Shown in pieces: positions 12,333 through 26,035 of a DNA stretch of 64,000 bases. The position numbers and the translations under genes were made by a program. This DNA is from Octopus vulgaris (lineage: Eukaryota): the NCBI GenBank assembly GCA_951406725.2, contig OX597814.1, positions 111,476,001 through 111,540,000 on the forward strand, read 5' to 3'. The notes beneath the pieces were generated by a model. The model did not search any database, was not told where the DNA came from, and saw only the letters and a list, made by a program, of their open reading frames with translations. Every line of letters begins with the position of its first letter. The stretch's first letter is position 1.

Positions 12333-13846
12333 ATTTTTTTTGATTTAATCGTTTAAAATATGTGCCATCAATATTACAACACGAGCCCTGTGCTTATGAT
12401 TTAGATGTCAGTCTGGTACAGTGAGATTTTCAGGACATTTCACACAGAATGCGTAACAATCTGTTGCAGTATCTCCCAAGCCATTCACACAGAATGTATC
12501 ACAACCTGTCCCAGTGTCCTCCATTCTGACACAGGTTGAGTTGTGCAACAGGATTTGATGAGCCAGAAGACTGCACCAAGCTCCAATGTCTGCTTTGACA
12601 TGGTTTCTATGGCTGGATGCCCTTCCTAGTGCCAACTACTTTATAGCATGTACTGGATGCTTTTCCTCATGGTTCTAGCATCAGTTAGATTTTCAAGTAA
12701 CTTATAAAACAAGCTTCCTCAACTAAGTAGGGATACAGTATTGAGAGAGGTGGCTTTATGGCTGGTGTTCAAAGGGATAGGAACAAGGGTCTTGCTGTAG
12801 AGGAGATACATGGCCATTCCAGTTAGAAAGAAGCAAGATGGTGGTGAAAAAGTGTCAGAGTGTACCCTCTCGTTACAAGATGGTGAATCATCATCATCAT
12901 CATCGTTTAACGTCCGCTTTCCATGCTAGCATGTGTTGGATGATTTTGACTGAGTGCTGGTGAACCAGATGGCTGCACCAGGCCCCAATCTTGATCTGGC
13001 AGAGTTTCTACAGCTGGATGCCCTTCCTAACGCCAACCACTCCAAGAGTGTAGTGGGTGCTTTTTTACATGCCACTGGCACGGGGGCCAGTCAGGCGGCG
13101 AGCTGGCAGAAACGTTAGCACGCCGGGCGAAATGCTTAGCGGTATTTCGTCTGCCCGTTACGTTGTGAGTTCAAATTCCGCCGAGGTCGACTTTGCCTTT
13201 CATCCTTTCGGGGTCGATAAATTAAGCACCAGTTACGCACTGGGGTCGATGTAATCGACTTAATACCTATGTCTGTCCTTGTTTGTCCCCTCTGTGTTTA
13301 GCCCCTTGTGGGTAATAAAGAAATAGGTACTGGCAATGACCACACTCGAATCTTTTTGTACATACCACCGGCACAGGTGCCAGTAAGGCGACGTTGGTGA
13401 CGATCACGCTCGAATGGTGCCCTTTTACGTGCAACTGGCATGGAGGCCAGATAGCCGCTCTGGCAACGATCACACTCGGATAGTGCTCTTGGAAAGAAAA
13501 CAGGGTGAGAGGATCAGAAAAGGTGTGTGGATAGGTAAGGTCATGAGACTGTGAAAGGGGAGTGACAGATGTTAAGAGATGGGGATTGAGGTGAATACAG
13601 AGAATGAGGGACATGGATGGAGGCATGTTTAATGGTGAATTTCAGTTTGATGGTGGTGGTGGTGAAAGTGAAGTGAAGGGAATAGGAGTGTGTTGAAATA
13701 CAGGCTCAATCAACAGACTCCATCAATACTTCAGACTCTTCTCTCACTCCATAAATACTCCAATACATGACAACAGTAGCAATGTATTGATTGTTAGATG
13801 AAATGAATTATTGAATAATATCTATCCAACTGTACCAATCTTATAA

Positions 13847-13893
<47 letters not shown>

Positions 13894-13895
<2 letters not shown>

Positions 13896-14205
13896 GAGGT
13901 GCAATGGCCCAGTGGTTAGGGCAGCGGACTCACGGTCATAGGATCGCAGTTTCGATTCTCAGACCGGGCGTTGTCAGTGTTTATTGAACGAAAACACCTA
14001 AAGCTCCACGAGGCTCCAGCAGGGGGTGGTGGCGATCCCTGCTGTACTCTTTCGCCACAACTTTCTCTCACTCTTTCTTCTGTTGGCCAGGTCGCTTAGC
14101 CAGCAGGGTGGTGTCATTTGAAGGCTAAAACAATGCGAAGCGCATTGTGACCAGCGATGTGTAACAACATCTGATAGCCTGGTCAATCATGGTGATCACC
14201 GTGAT
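13894..14205 (+). mobile_element. tRNA(Arg)-like-headed SINE
   Basis: GGAGGTGCAATGGCCCAGTGGTTAGGGCAGCGGACTC...GTTTCGATTC head between (TG)n and (TA)n. Related copies at 17148-17460, 32615-32880 and 57587-57850. Confidence 0.8.
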
Positions 14206-14229
14206 ATATATATATTTATATATATATAT

Positions 14230-14770
14230 ATAATGTTGAAAGATTTAAAAGGCCAAATAATGCAAATAGATTTCAAGATGAGGTAACGTAAACTAAAAGG
14301 AAGTTACCTGGTAATCTTTGGTCTTATATGTATTCAGTATTTTGGGACATACAAGTCCCTTCTTCAGGGTTAAAAAGGAACTGTCCTTGGAAAGATGCTT
14401 TTTGTTGGTGATAAAATAATTCTATGTAAATAATGTAAATAGATAAATAATTATTGAAAAATTCTCTGACAAAGCAAGTTCAGTTTTTGTTATCAGTTAA
14501 ATATGACAGAAAACAACAAAAAAAACCCAAAACTTCTATGAATTATTTTATCTCTGACAAAAAACATCTTTCCAAGGACAGTTCTTTTTTAACCCTGACG
14601 AAGGGACTTGTATGTCCCGAAATATTTGATACATATAAGACCAAAGATTACCAGGTAACTTATTTTTAATTTACATTACCTCATCTTAAAATCTATTTGC
14701 ATTATTTGGCCTTTTAAATCTTTCAACGTTATATTCCATATATACAATGCTTCAAGCAAACTATAAGATC
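14230..14770. mobile_element. Fold-back (Penelope pLTR-like) element next to (TA)n
   Basis: Arms 14230-14422 / 14540-14732. CTGACGA-A-GGGAC..GTCCC-GAAA at 14595-14622. Unpaired tail 14733-14770. Confidence 0.7.
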
Positions 14771-15184
14771 TTATTATATATCATCATCATCATCGTTTAA
14801 CGTCCGCTCTCCATGCTAGCATGGGTTGGACGGTTTGACTGAGGGCTGGCGAACCAGATGGCTGCACCAGGCTCCAATCTTGATCTAGCAGAGTTTCTAC
14901 AGCTGGATGCCCTTCCTAAAGCCAACCACTCCGAGAGTGTAGTGGGTGCTTTTACGTGCCACCGGCACGGAAGCCCATTAGCCGCTCTGGCAACGATCAT
15001 GCTCGGATGGTGCTCTTAGCACCCTACTAGTACGGGGCACAAGTGCCAGTAAGGCGACACTGGTAACGATCACACTCGAATGGTGCCTTTTATGTGCCAC
15101 AGGCACGGAAGCTGGTTAGCCGCTCTGTCGATGATCACACTTGTATGGTACTCTTTGCACCCCGCTAGCATGGATGCCAGTCAT

Positions 15185-15257
<73 letters not shown>

Positions 15258-16824
15258 TATAAAGCTGCTCTACTCTGACAAAATGGGGTTAAAATAGATA
15301 GTCCTAGAGAATACTATAATATCAGTGTCAGTATCAGGGTCAAAATTCACACTCACGTAAACTAAAGTCTCTGAAGTGCTAAAATGGCTTCTGTCAAGTT
15401 TCAGCTCAGAGCAAAAACGATTCAAACAAGATACACACAAAGCAATGAGTGAACAACCAACTAAAAATAGCTGCCAGATTTTTCCCAGATCACACCTTAG
15501 TGTCTAAAAAAAAGAAAGAATCACCCGAGATAATCTATTCCAGGATATACAGAAAAGATAGTCAGTCATAATCAAACTAGGGCTAATTGACAAGAACAGT
15601 CTCTTCTATAACAATAACAATATATGTATGTGTGCATGTAGGCGTAGGAGTGGCTGTGTAGTAATTAGCTTGCTTCCCAACCACATGGTTTCGGGTTCAG
15701 TCCCACTGCATGGCACCTTGGGCAGGGGTGTCTTCTACTATAGCCTTGGGCAGACCAAAGCCTTGTGAGTGGATTTGGTAGACGGAAACTGAAAGAAGCC
15801 CATCGTATATATGTATATGTATATATGTATGTATGTGTGTGTATATGTTTGTGTGTCTGTGGTTGTCCCCCCACCATTGCTTGACAGCCGATGTTGGTGT
15901 GTTTACATCCCCGTAACTTAGCGGTTTGGCAAAAGAGACCGATAGAATAAGTACTAGGCTTACAATGAATAAGTCCTGGGGTCGATTTGCTCGACTAAAG
16001 GCGGTGCTCCAGCATGGCTGCAGTCAAATGACTGAAACAAGTAAAAGAGTAAAAGAGTATTATGTATTTATGTATGTATTTATGTATGTATTTATGTATG
16101 TATGTGTGTATGCATGTATGTATGTATTTATGTATGTCTGTCTGTATGTCATTGTTCAGTTTTATTTCAAGATTTCTTGCCAATAGAGAAAGAATCGGTT
16201 TCTAACTTAGATCCAAGGCTCCTTCATTGGAATTTCAATATCAACACCAGGGGTATTTTTGTATGTATGTATGTATGTATTATGTGTGTATGTATGTATG
16301 CATGCATGTATGTATGCATGTATGTATGTGTGTATGTGTGTATGTATGTATGTATGTATGTATGTATGTATGTATGTATGTATGTATGTATATGCTCAAC
16401 TGTGTCTTTGTGTTTGAATTTGTTTCCACCTCCATACCTTGACAACCAGTATTGATTTGTTTACATCCCTGTAGCTTACTGGCTTAGCAAAGGTGACCAA
16501 TAGAGCATATACAAGACTTTAAACAATAAGTATCTGGGCCAGCATGACCACCACACCCTACAGCATGACCACAGTCCAATGACTAAAAAAAAGTAAAAAA
16601 CAAAAGATAATGTATTAGGAAATGCCTCACATCATATGTATATGAGTCAGGGAAGTATATTCTGACAACAAAAAGGAAAGTTAAATCGATATATTATGTC
16701 ACGAATTTGATATATGGCATAGTGGTTAAGAGCACGGGCTAGTAACCCCAAGATTCCAAGTTTGATTCCAGGCAGTGACCTGAATAATAATAATAATAAT
16801 GATGATGATGATGATGATGACAAC

Positions 16825-18035
16825 AAGCAATTGAAAACAAATGAAACTGAAAATAGGTGGGTAAAGAAAAGAATGCATGATCAATTTCATAGGGATGTTG
16901 AAGATAAGACAGAGAAAAAAGATGGGTGTGGATGACTAAAAGTGATTTAAAACTGGAAACAGAAACTCTAATCTGTGCTGCCCAAGAGCAAGCACTATTA
17001 CAAACTATATAAAATACAGAATAGACAACACAGCAGAAAGTGATAAGTGCAGAATCTGTGGACAAAACGGTGAAACCATGTGGCATATTACCAGCCAATG
17101 TATGCCACTAGCCCAGAAGGAATATAAGAGATGCCACGACAATATAGTGGAGGCACATGGCCTAATGGTTAGAGCAGCGATTGAGGGATCGCGGGTTTGA
17201 ATCTCAGACCGGGCGATGTGTGTGTTTATGAGCGAAACACCTAAGCTCCACGTGGCTCTGGCAGAAGGTAATGGCAAAACTTCTGCTGACTCTTTCGCCA
17301 CAACTTTCTCTCACTCTTTCCTCCTGAATCTTGCAGCTCACCTGCGACGGACCGGCGTCCCGTCCAGGTGGGGAACCTATATGCCAAGAAACCGGGTAAC
17401 CGGCCCTTATGAGCCAGGCATGGCTTGAGAAGGAACAAACAAAAAAAAACAAAAAAAACAACAATATAGCCAGGCTTGTCTATCGGACACTTTGCAACAA
17501 GGATGGACTTGATAGAGCAAAAAATTGGTACAACCACAAACCTGAAGGCATCGTCAAAAATAGAAATGCAAAGATTCTATGGGATTTTATGATTCAGGGC
17601 GACCATGAGATAGAGAATAGGAAGCCAGACATAGTCTTAATTGAGAAAGAAAACAAACTATGCTGGATCATAGATATAGCATGCCCAGCAGACAACAAGG
17701 TATGCGATAAGGAAGAGAGAAAAGTCGAGAGATATGACAGGTTAGCTTGGGAAGTTAAGCAGTTATGGTTAATGAAAAAGGTAGCAGTAGTATCAATAAT
17801 TGTTGGAGCCCTATCTCATGGTCGCATTGAATCATAACAGTGAGCAAAAATCTCGAGAAGTACGTGGAACGAATAGGGACTGCAATAAGGGTGGAGCACT
17901 TGCAGAAAGCAGCACTGCTTGGAACTGCTCGAATACTCCGGAAGTGCTTGAAAAATAAGAGGTGTTACCTTAGTTCACTGGTAGTGAACAGCTGATACTG
18001 TAGTGCATCTCCAGTGTTAGAAGCTGTGCAAAGTC
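16825..18035 (+). mobile_element. 5'-truncated R4/Dong-like non-LTR retrotransposon with CCHC finger and restriction-like endonuclease
   Basis: LKLETETLICAAQEQAL, CRICGQNGETMWHITSQC, KILWDFMIQGDHEIENRKPDIVLIEK...IIDIACP (PD..D RLE motif), LQKAALLGTARIL. It ends in (TAA)n at 18036-18125. Confidence 0.9.
17148..17460 (+). mobile_element. tRNA-headed SINE inserted into the R4/Dong-like element, 9-bp TSD
   Basis: TSD ACAATATAG at 17139-17147 and 17461-17469, with an A-rich tail. The host ORF resumes in register (HDN|IARLV). Confidence 0.85.
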
Positions 18036-18054
18036 AATGATAACAATAATGATA

Positions 18055-18130
<76 letters not shown>

Positions 18131-18726
18131 CATCGAAAAATACCTTAGGAATGAGAACCCAGGTTCAAAATTTCCCCAATCACCTGATGAAGGCTCGAGG
18201 GTATATCAGCCGATATGTTGTGTTAACAACAAACAAGATGAGGACAAATATCCGTCAAATGTAAATAATGTACATAATTCCACACCTCTTAAATATAGAA
18301 CTGTATTAAAAAACAATGTATTGGGAAATGCCCCACGTCATACGTATGTGAGTCAGTGAAATATAGTCTGACAACAAAAAGGAAGGTTAAATTGATATAT
18401 TATGTCACAAATATAATTTGATAGTTAGAAACAAAGAAAAGATAGTTGTGACAGAAGAGTGTTGTGTGTATAAAGGTTATTTAGATATAACCTGACCAAT
18501 TTCAAAATCTACAAAAAAAATTTACTGCTCAGTCTTTGTGTGTATATAGCAGGAGTGGCTGTGTGGTAAGTAGTTTGTTTACCAACCACATGGTTCTGGG
18601 TTCAGTCCCACTGCATGGCACCTTGGGCAAGTATCTCCTACTATAGCCTTGGACTGAACAAAGCCTTGTGAGTGGATTTTGTAGACAAAAACTGAAAGAA
18701 TCCCATCGTATATATATATATATATG

Positions 18727-18809
<83 letters not shown>

Positions 18810-19651
18810 CGCAAGAGCGGATGTGTGGTAAGTAGCTTGCTTACCAACCACATGGTTCGAGGTTGAGTCCCACTGCATGGCACCTTGGGCAAGTGTCTTC
18901 TACTATAGCCTTGGGCCGACCAAAGCCTTGCGAGTGGATTTGGTAGACGGAAACTGAAAGAAGCCTGTTGTATATATGTGTGTGTGCATGTGTGTGTGTG
19001 TATGTTTGTGTGTGTGTGTTTGTCCCTCCAACATCGCTTGACAACTGAAGCTGGTGTGTAACTTAGTAGTTTGGCAAAAGAATAAGTCATGGGGTCGATT
19101 TGTTCAACTAAAGGTGGTACTCTAGTATGGCCACAGTCAAATGACTGAAACAATTAAAAGAATATGTGCATGCACACACACACACACACATGCACATGCA
19201 TGTATATCTTTTTTGCTTTTACTTCTTTCAGCCATTAGACTGTGGCCATGCTGTGGTAATTGACTGCAGAATGTAATTTTTAAAGCCTGGTACTTATTCC
19301 ATTGGTCTCTTTTGCCAAACTGCTAAGTTACTGGGATGCAAAGAAATCAAACATCAGTTGTCAAATGTTGGTGGGGGACAAACACACACACACATGACAG
19401 GCATCTTACAGTTTCTGTCTACCAAAGCCACTCACAAAGCTTTAGTTGGCCCAAGGCTATTGTAGAAGACTTGTCCAAAGTGTCATGCAGTGGGACTGAA
19501 CCTGGAGCCATGTAGTTAGGAAGCAAGCTGCTTACCACACAGCCATGCCTGTATATTTGTGTGTGTGTGTGTGTGTGCTTGTGAGTGTATGTATGTTGTA
19601 TGCATGTATGTATACATGTATGTACATGTGTGTGTGTGTGCATGAATGTGC

Positions 19652-19693
<42 letters not shown>

Positions 19694-19815
19694 GTATGTG
19701 TGTATATATATATATATATGTATGTACATATGTATGTGTGTGTATATATATATATATATATGTAAAGGTACATGCATATAGGTAGATAGGTGTGTGAGTG
19801 CATGAACATAAATTT

Positions 19816-19851
<36 letters not shown>

Positions 19852-19857
19852 ATGCAT

Positions 19858-19897
<40 letters not shown>

Positions 19898-20764
19898 GCT
19901 GGCATCTGTCAGGATGTAAAGGAGGAGGAGAAGGAAGAGCAAATTCCAAAATGACTGTGAAGGCTAATCCCTGACCTCCAGCCTTAGATATACACATACA
20001 CTATAACACATATCATCATCATCATCATCATCATCATCAACATTATCATCTTCATCTCCATTTAGCGTTTGCTTTCCCTGTTGGCATGGATTGGAGGGTT
20101 TGACAGGAGCTGGTGAGCTGTAAGCCTGTGTGAAGTTTCCATGGCTGAATGCCCTTCCTAATGCCAACCTCTTCAGAGTGTGTGTATGTACTCTGATGCC
20201 TTGCTTTTGTGCCACTGGCACAGCAAGAATGCCAAGTAGCTTGCAAAGCTTAAAAAAAAAAAAAGAGAAAGAAACAAGAAGGAAAAATGGAGGGGGGGAG
20301 GAAAAAGAAGCCTCCTTGGTTATATGGGTTGGGGTGGAGGTGGAATTTGTATTTAGGGGTGGGGGTGGGGGTGGAGATGGTTCAATGCTGAGTGTTGAGA
20401 GGCTGGAGTGTAATGGAAGAACAAAGCCAGGTGTCTTCCAATAAGGATGTGCGGTTGAATAGTTGGAAAGCTGGAAGGAAGAGAGAAGAAATGGTGGGAT
20501 GCTGGACGATTTCAAGATAGAGTGGTTTGTGGAGGGGGGGAATGGGAAAGTGGTGCATGTAATGAGTGATGGACAGAGATATAGGAGTGGCTCAGGGTTA
20601 GTTGGGCCGTGATAATTAGGGCATGATGGTAGACGTGATGGGGCATTGAGAATGCTCTCAGGTAAGAGGGTATTAGAAATGGAGTATAGTAGAGAAAAGC
20701 AATGGCTGAAGGCACAGAAAGTAGACAACTGGTGTAAATAGTGTTGGCTGGGATAATAATTTAT

Positions 20765-21495
20765 TCTTTTATTGGTCTCAAGGGCTAATATAAACAAACA
20801 TAAAAGGACATGCAACAACATAAAAGACAACACAATACGATACAGTGGGTTTTCACGTTCGTGTACACATCATCATCATCGTTTAATGTCTGCTTTCCAT
20901 GCTAGTATGGGTTGGATGATTTGACTGAAGACTGGCGAACCAGATGGCTGCACCAGGCTCCAATCTTGATCTGGCAGAGTTTCTACAGCTGGATGCCCTT
21001 CCTAATGCCAACAAGAGTGTAGTGGGTGCTTTTACGTGCCACCGGCATAAGGGCCAGTCAGGTGGTACTGGCAACGGTCACACCCAAATGGTGTTTCTTT
21101 TTTACGTGCCACCTGCATACCGGCACAAGTCCCAGTATGGCAACGCTGGTAACAATCACTCTCAAGTAACAATAAAAATTGAACAAGTAAAACTCCCAAT
21201 AAAGGGAGGAGCCTTAAATGTTATTTGTGGAAAAACTTACAAAAGCTACGGGTGCCTGACTAACAGGGCAAGAACCCTTCTCCTTTTATATCTTCACAGG
21301 TGTATGCTCAGAAGGGGTCCTTTCACACTGGCCATTCTTCCAATATTCACTCACCTTTCAATAAACTTGCTAGAAGGCAACACTTCCCTTTCCACCCTCA
21401 CTGTCCTCTTCATGTTAAACTTGAAAAGTTGATGAGGGCTTGGCTAAAGAGGAAAGTGTCTGACTTTAGCCCTTTCAAACAAGTCCACCATGAGA
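20765..21495 (-). mobile_element. Tx1/L1-like LINE 3' end, interrupted by an RTE tail (20868-21165)
   Basis: Minus strand reads WWTCLKGLKSDTFL...MKRTVRVEREVLPSSKFIER*VNIGRMASVKGPLLSIHL*, then a T-rich UTR ending in AATAAAAGAA near 20765. Confidence 0.55.
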
Positions 21496-21815
21496 AATGG
21501 AAATGGTTCTGGGGATGGGGAAGGTAACTGGAAGGGAGAGGATATAATATGTACCTATTTTGCACTCAGGTAATTGCAACAGCCAAGCAGTACTCGACAT
21601 AGAAAATGGTTGGTGTTAGGAGTAGGGGCAGACTCAAGGTGGGGTGGGGGTGGGAGTGGCACCTCCCACAAGAAAAGAAGTGCACCTTTCTAAATAATGT
21701 TATTATGCCCTTTTCTCTTGGAATTGTATTGCCTTCTGATCTTGTGCCTTCCCTTCAAAAAATTCCTGGGACTGGCCCTGAGTGGATGTGATGAGAGGGA
21801 AATACTTGATGGGGC

Positions 21816-21867
<52 letters not shown>

Positions 21868-21999
21868 GGAGAGAGAGAGAGGGGGAGAGAGAGAAGAGGC
21901 AGGTAGGAACCCTCACATGAACAAGCATAACCAAGGTGGTTTTAGGACATCATTTCTGCTGTGACAGATGGGTCATTTTCAGCATGCCAAATTTCCAAT

Positions 22000-22870
22000 C
22001 ATCTCAGTCCTTTGTCAACTCATCTGTAAGGTTCAGCATCTTGAAATCAGCCTTGCTTCCTCCCATGTCCTCTTGAGTCTCTCTCTCTTCTGCAAGTTCC
22101 ATTCACTTTAAGCAACCGGCACTTCTTCACACAGATTTCTTCATTGATTATGCTTTGCATAACCAAATCAAATCCATCTTCTCTCTTGTACACTTCAGCT
22201 AATTCTTCTTATACCTAATTTTTCTCTCAGCATATTAGCACTTTGTTGCATGAAACATCCAATGGAACATGCTAACTTCATTCCGCTCTAGACTTTGCAT
22301 GTCCTCTGCATTCAGGGTCCACGTCTCACAACCATGTGGCATTGCTGTATGTACCCAAGCATCATACAATCTATCTTTCACTCTGAGGGAGAGACTCTTT
22401 TGTTGCAAACAGAAGTAATAGCTCTCTGAATTATCTCTGTCCTATTCTTAATGTGTGTGTGTGTGTGTTGTGTTTGTATGTATGTATATATGATGATTAC
22501 TTCATCTTGAGGGATGATAGCCATCCCATCAACACAAACACCACACTCAATCACACCGTACAATCACTCAATTGATGAGCCCTTAGATGACTTTTAAGAC
22601 CAGCAGCTGACTGACACGGTTTATAACACAAGTGACAGATATTATTTAAGTTTCTTCTATATCTTTGCCCTTTGGAATCTGATTCTGAAGGAATGTTTTT
22701 GTGAACTAGCATATGTCTTTTAAGTCCAGGTATTGTCATACAAATTTTTTTGCATCAAAACTGCCATCCCTTGACAGTATGCTTCCTAGGTAAACAAAGG
22801 TGTCAATGACTTCTAACATTGTCCCTTTCACAAAAATGTTTGGTTCAGAATATGTTTGTCCTGGCACCAG
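22000..22870 (-). mobile_element. Two decayed RTE-type LINE fragments
   Basis: 22000-22420 reads SLSLRVKDRLYDAWVHTAMPHGCETW. 22580-22870 reads LEVIDTFVYLGSILSRDG and the C2H2-like CHLCYKPCQSAAGLKSHLRAH. Confidence 0.7.
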
Positions 22871-23089
22871 AGTAAACATTACATACATATATACACATAT
22901 GTATATATGTAAATATGTGTGTGTGCATGCATCTGTGTGTATATCCATCCATACATATATATAATATATATGTACATATATTCTCATCCAAGATGATGGA
23001 GATGAGTATCAACGTCCCAATGTGCCAGCCCTGTTAACCAACAAATAAAATAGGTTATGTATATATATCTCTATCTATCTATCTATCTA

Positions 23090-23129
<40 letters not shown>

Positions 23130-23699
23130 CATCATCATCATCATTGTTAAATGTCCTTGTTCAATGCTAGCATGGACTGGACAATTTGACAGGCTCCAAT
23201 GAATTCAAGGACTGCATCATGTTTAAAGTCTGTATTGGGAAGGGTCCTTACAGCCAGAGGCCTTTTTTAATGCCGATCACTTTTTAGCATATACTGGGTA
23301 CTTTCTTCAATCCAACAGCACTTGTGAGGTCACCACTCAGCTTGCTAGAATAAGAACCCCAAGAGAGACTGGTTTATGGGAGGTGATGAAGGATTAAATT
23401 TTGAGAGAACGGGACAGAGCAGAGCAGGTTTCTCACATTTCAAAAGAGAATGGAGGGTGATCAGGGGGATGTGGAGGAAGAGATGAAATTTTTCTTCTGG
23501 ATATAGAATAGATTTGAATACACAAAAAGACGAGATGATTATGCATAGAACGCCTTTAACCAGAAGTCTGCTCGATCAGGGCTGACATAATGTTAAAAGA
23601 ACAACAGTTTAGAGGTTGTTAATCTCCAAACCGATCTTGAATGAGCTAACTTGTGATCGAAGACATTGTGGCTGCGACCATTTCGTCATTTTGCTATAT

Positions 23700-24090
23700 A
23701 GGCGTAGGAGTGGCTGTGTGGAAAGTAGCTTGCTTACCAACTATATGGTTCCGGGTTCAGTCCCACTGAGTGGCACCTTGGGCAAGTGTCTTCTACTATA
23801 GCCTCGAGCCGACCAAAGCCTTGTGAGTGGATTTGGTAGACGGAAACTGAAAGAAGCCCGTCGTATATATGTATGTGTGTGTATTTGTGTGTCTGTGTTT
23901 GTCCCCCCAACATCGCTTGACAACCGATGCTGGTGTGTTTACGTCCCCGTAACCTAGCGGTTAGGCAAAAGAGATTGATAGAATAAGTACTAGGCTTACA
24001 AAGAATAAGTCCTGGGGTCGATTTGCTCGACTAAAGGCAGTGCTCCAGCATGGCCACAGTCAAATGACTGAAACAAGTAAAAGAGAGAGT
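23700..24090 (+). mobile_element. tRNA-headed CORE-like SINE (best-preserved copy of an abundant family)
   Basis: GGCGTAGGAGTGGCTGTGTGG...GGTTCAGTCCC head, CACCTTGGGCAAGTG core, internal (TG)n, tail ...AAATGACTGAAACAAGTAAAAGA. Other copies at about 5693-5970, 11280-11465(-), 15640-16058, 18549-19161, 19205-19550(-), 38684-39070(-), 40472-40840(-), 43805-44540 and 61785-62115. Confidence 0.85.
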
Positions 24091-26035
24091 ATCTAGGACT
24101 ACCACTGTTCAGTGTCCACCCCGTTATTTTTCATGAAGGTTGAGTGTGATTGGAGGGATATTTGGTTGTTATTTTTACCAACTGCATAAAAACTCTCCCT
24201 TTCTCTCTCGCTGGTAACTTCGAAGCAGATGATCAAGGACCGTTGTCTTTGTCAAAAACAACATATGCAGTATTTAGATGGTAAATCAGTAAATTCTAGA
24301 TTTACTATTGGTTCGATCATCACTCTCTTCTCTCCTCATCACAGTAGGAAAGTGAAAGAAAGGGATTAGATATCGATGCATACTAAAAACAAAGAACAAA
24401 AAAAATGAAATATTTACTTTTTGCTAGATCAGGTGGGTGTATAAATTTCAAAAAAACCTTTGCTTTTTACAATTTAATATTAAATTTATATACAACTAAC
24501 TGAAAATGTAATATAATTGAAACATATAGCTTGGTAAAGCTCCGGCACCAAAAGCATTTACGATAAGCTAAATCCAAGAATGAACGCTAAGAAAATATAT
24601 TATTATTATGAAAATGGCTACTTAGGGTTAATCAAAGCCCTGAATTGAAGAAACCTTTGAGAAAAGATGTTGAAGCTTTTGATCATCCAGTCATTCATTT
24701 TTTTAAAGGAGATTCTATGTAGGCGGACTCGAAACTTATAGAAATCATACATATTGTGGAAATAAATTGAAGCAATTGATTGACTAAGCGTCGAGAGAAA
24801 AGGTCTACAGTCTCTAATAACAGACTTCATATTGAATATTTTAAATGTAAACCCCTAACTCTAGTTTTCTCTTACATTTAAGCGAATAAACCTCACCCTT
24901 TTATATTCATCTCACATCCTTTTTCTAGATATCTAAGGATTGAAGATGGTTAAGTTGGTCAGGCAGCGTGTAAGATATATATATGCAATATTTATTTACA
25001 CGCCTTTATATTCCCAGTTCAAATCCCGCCAAAGCCGACTATGTTTTTCATCATTTTAGGGTGGATGAAAATTATGAGTCAATTACTGAGGTCTATTTGA
25101 TCCATTCTCCCTCTAACCCGTCCACATTTCGAGCCCATGTGTCTGTTAGAATTTAAAACTAAATCATTTTTAATGTGAGGAACATAAAATCCCATTTGGA
25201 ATGGTGGACGGCGACGGAGGAACCGGCAGGGAGCCGGACAGACAGCATGTTCGTTTTCAGTTATGTCCCTTTACTTCCTGAGTTCCAGTCACGGCAGGGG
25301 CCGGTTCCCTTCCTCATCCTACTAACTAAAAAAAAAGGGGATAACTTGTGGGATTTAATTGTCAATGGTTGAAATTAATATTTTCCTTTCGGAAAGAAAT
25401 AGAAAAAATATAATCTATTTATACAATTGACTGAAATTATTGTTCATCACTTTAGCTTATGAACTACCATATAAACAAATTCCATTATAATTTAGGCATT
25501 GAAAATAAATATATATTTAAAGCAGAAATGGAGTTTATTGGGGAATGATGATGATACTACTACTACTAATAATAAACATTTCTGGCATAAGCTTCAAATT
25601 TGGAGTCAGAGACAGCCGTGATTAGATTAATCTAATATCTAACAGGTACTTCATTTTATGATCCTGGGCAACAGATCTCCATAGGATTTGAGCTCAGAAT
25701 ATAAATGTACGCAACTAAATAGAACAATGCATGCTGTCTGTCGCTCTACCGATTCTGCAAAACTAAAATATCGATTTTTTTTTGTTTAATATAGGCACAA
25801 GGTTTGGTTTTAAATTTGGGAGTGGGGAAGTAGAGTCGATTTTATTAATGCTAATAGTTGATTTGGTCTGTTATATAATTAATTGTAAAAAATAAAATTG
25901 ATAATTATGAAAAATAATTCGGTGTTCTGTGGGAACATAAAATGAAGTACGCGAGGACGGCTGAAGAAATAGGGAAAGATTTAAAGCATGGAGGAGGAAA
26001 TTAAAAAAGAAAAAAAAACCCAAATAAATAACGAC

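Larger units (their letters stand above)
16712..18304 (+). mobile_element. Hammerhead-SINE split at its (TAA)n linker by the R4/Dong-like element
   Basis: Head at 16712-16800. 3' half with CTGATGA core at 18126-18304. Confidence 0.75.

Noticed and set aside
12408-12530. Cys-containing peptide repeat (CDTFCVN/CYAFCVK)
   Set aside because: Explained by a ~45-bp two-copy DNA duplication; no exon evidence.
19964-20833. Longest ORF (289 aa, minus)
   Set aside because: Spans a LINE UTR, a pyrimidine-rich low-complexity tract and an RTE tail. No domain and no ATG start.
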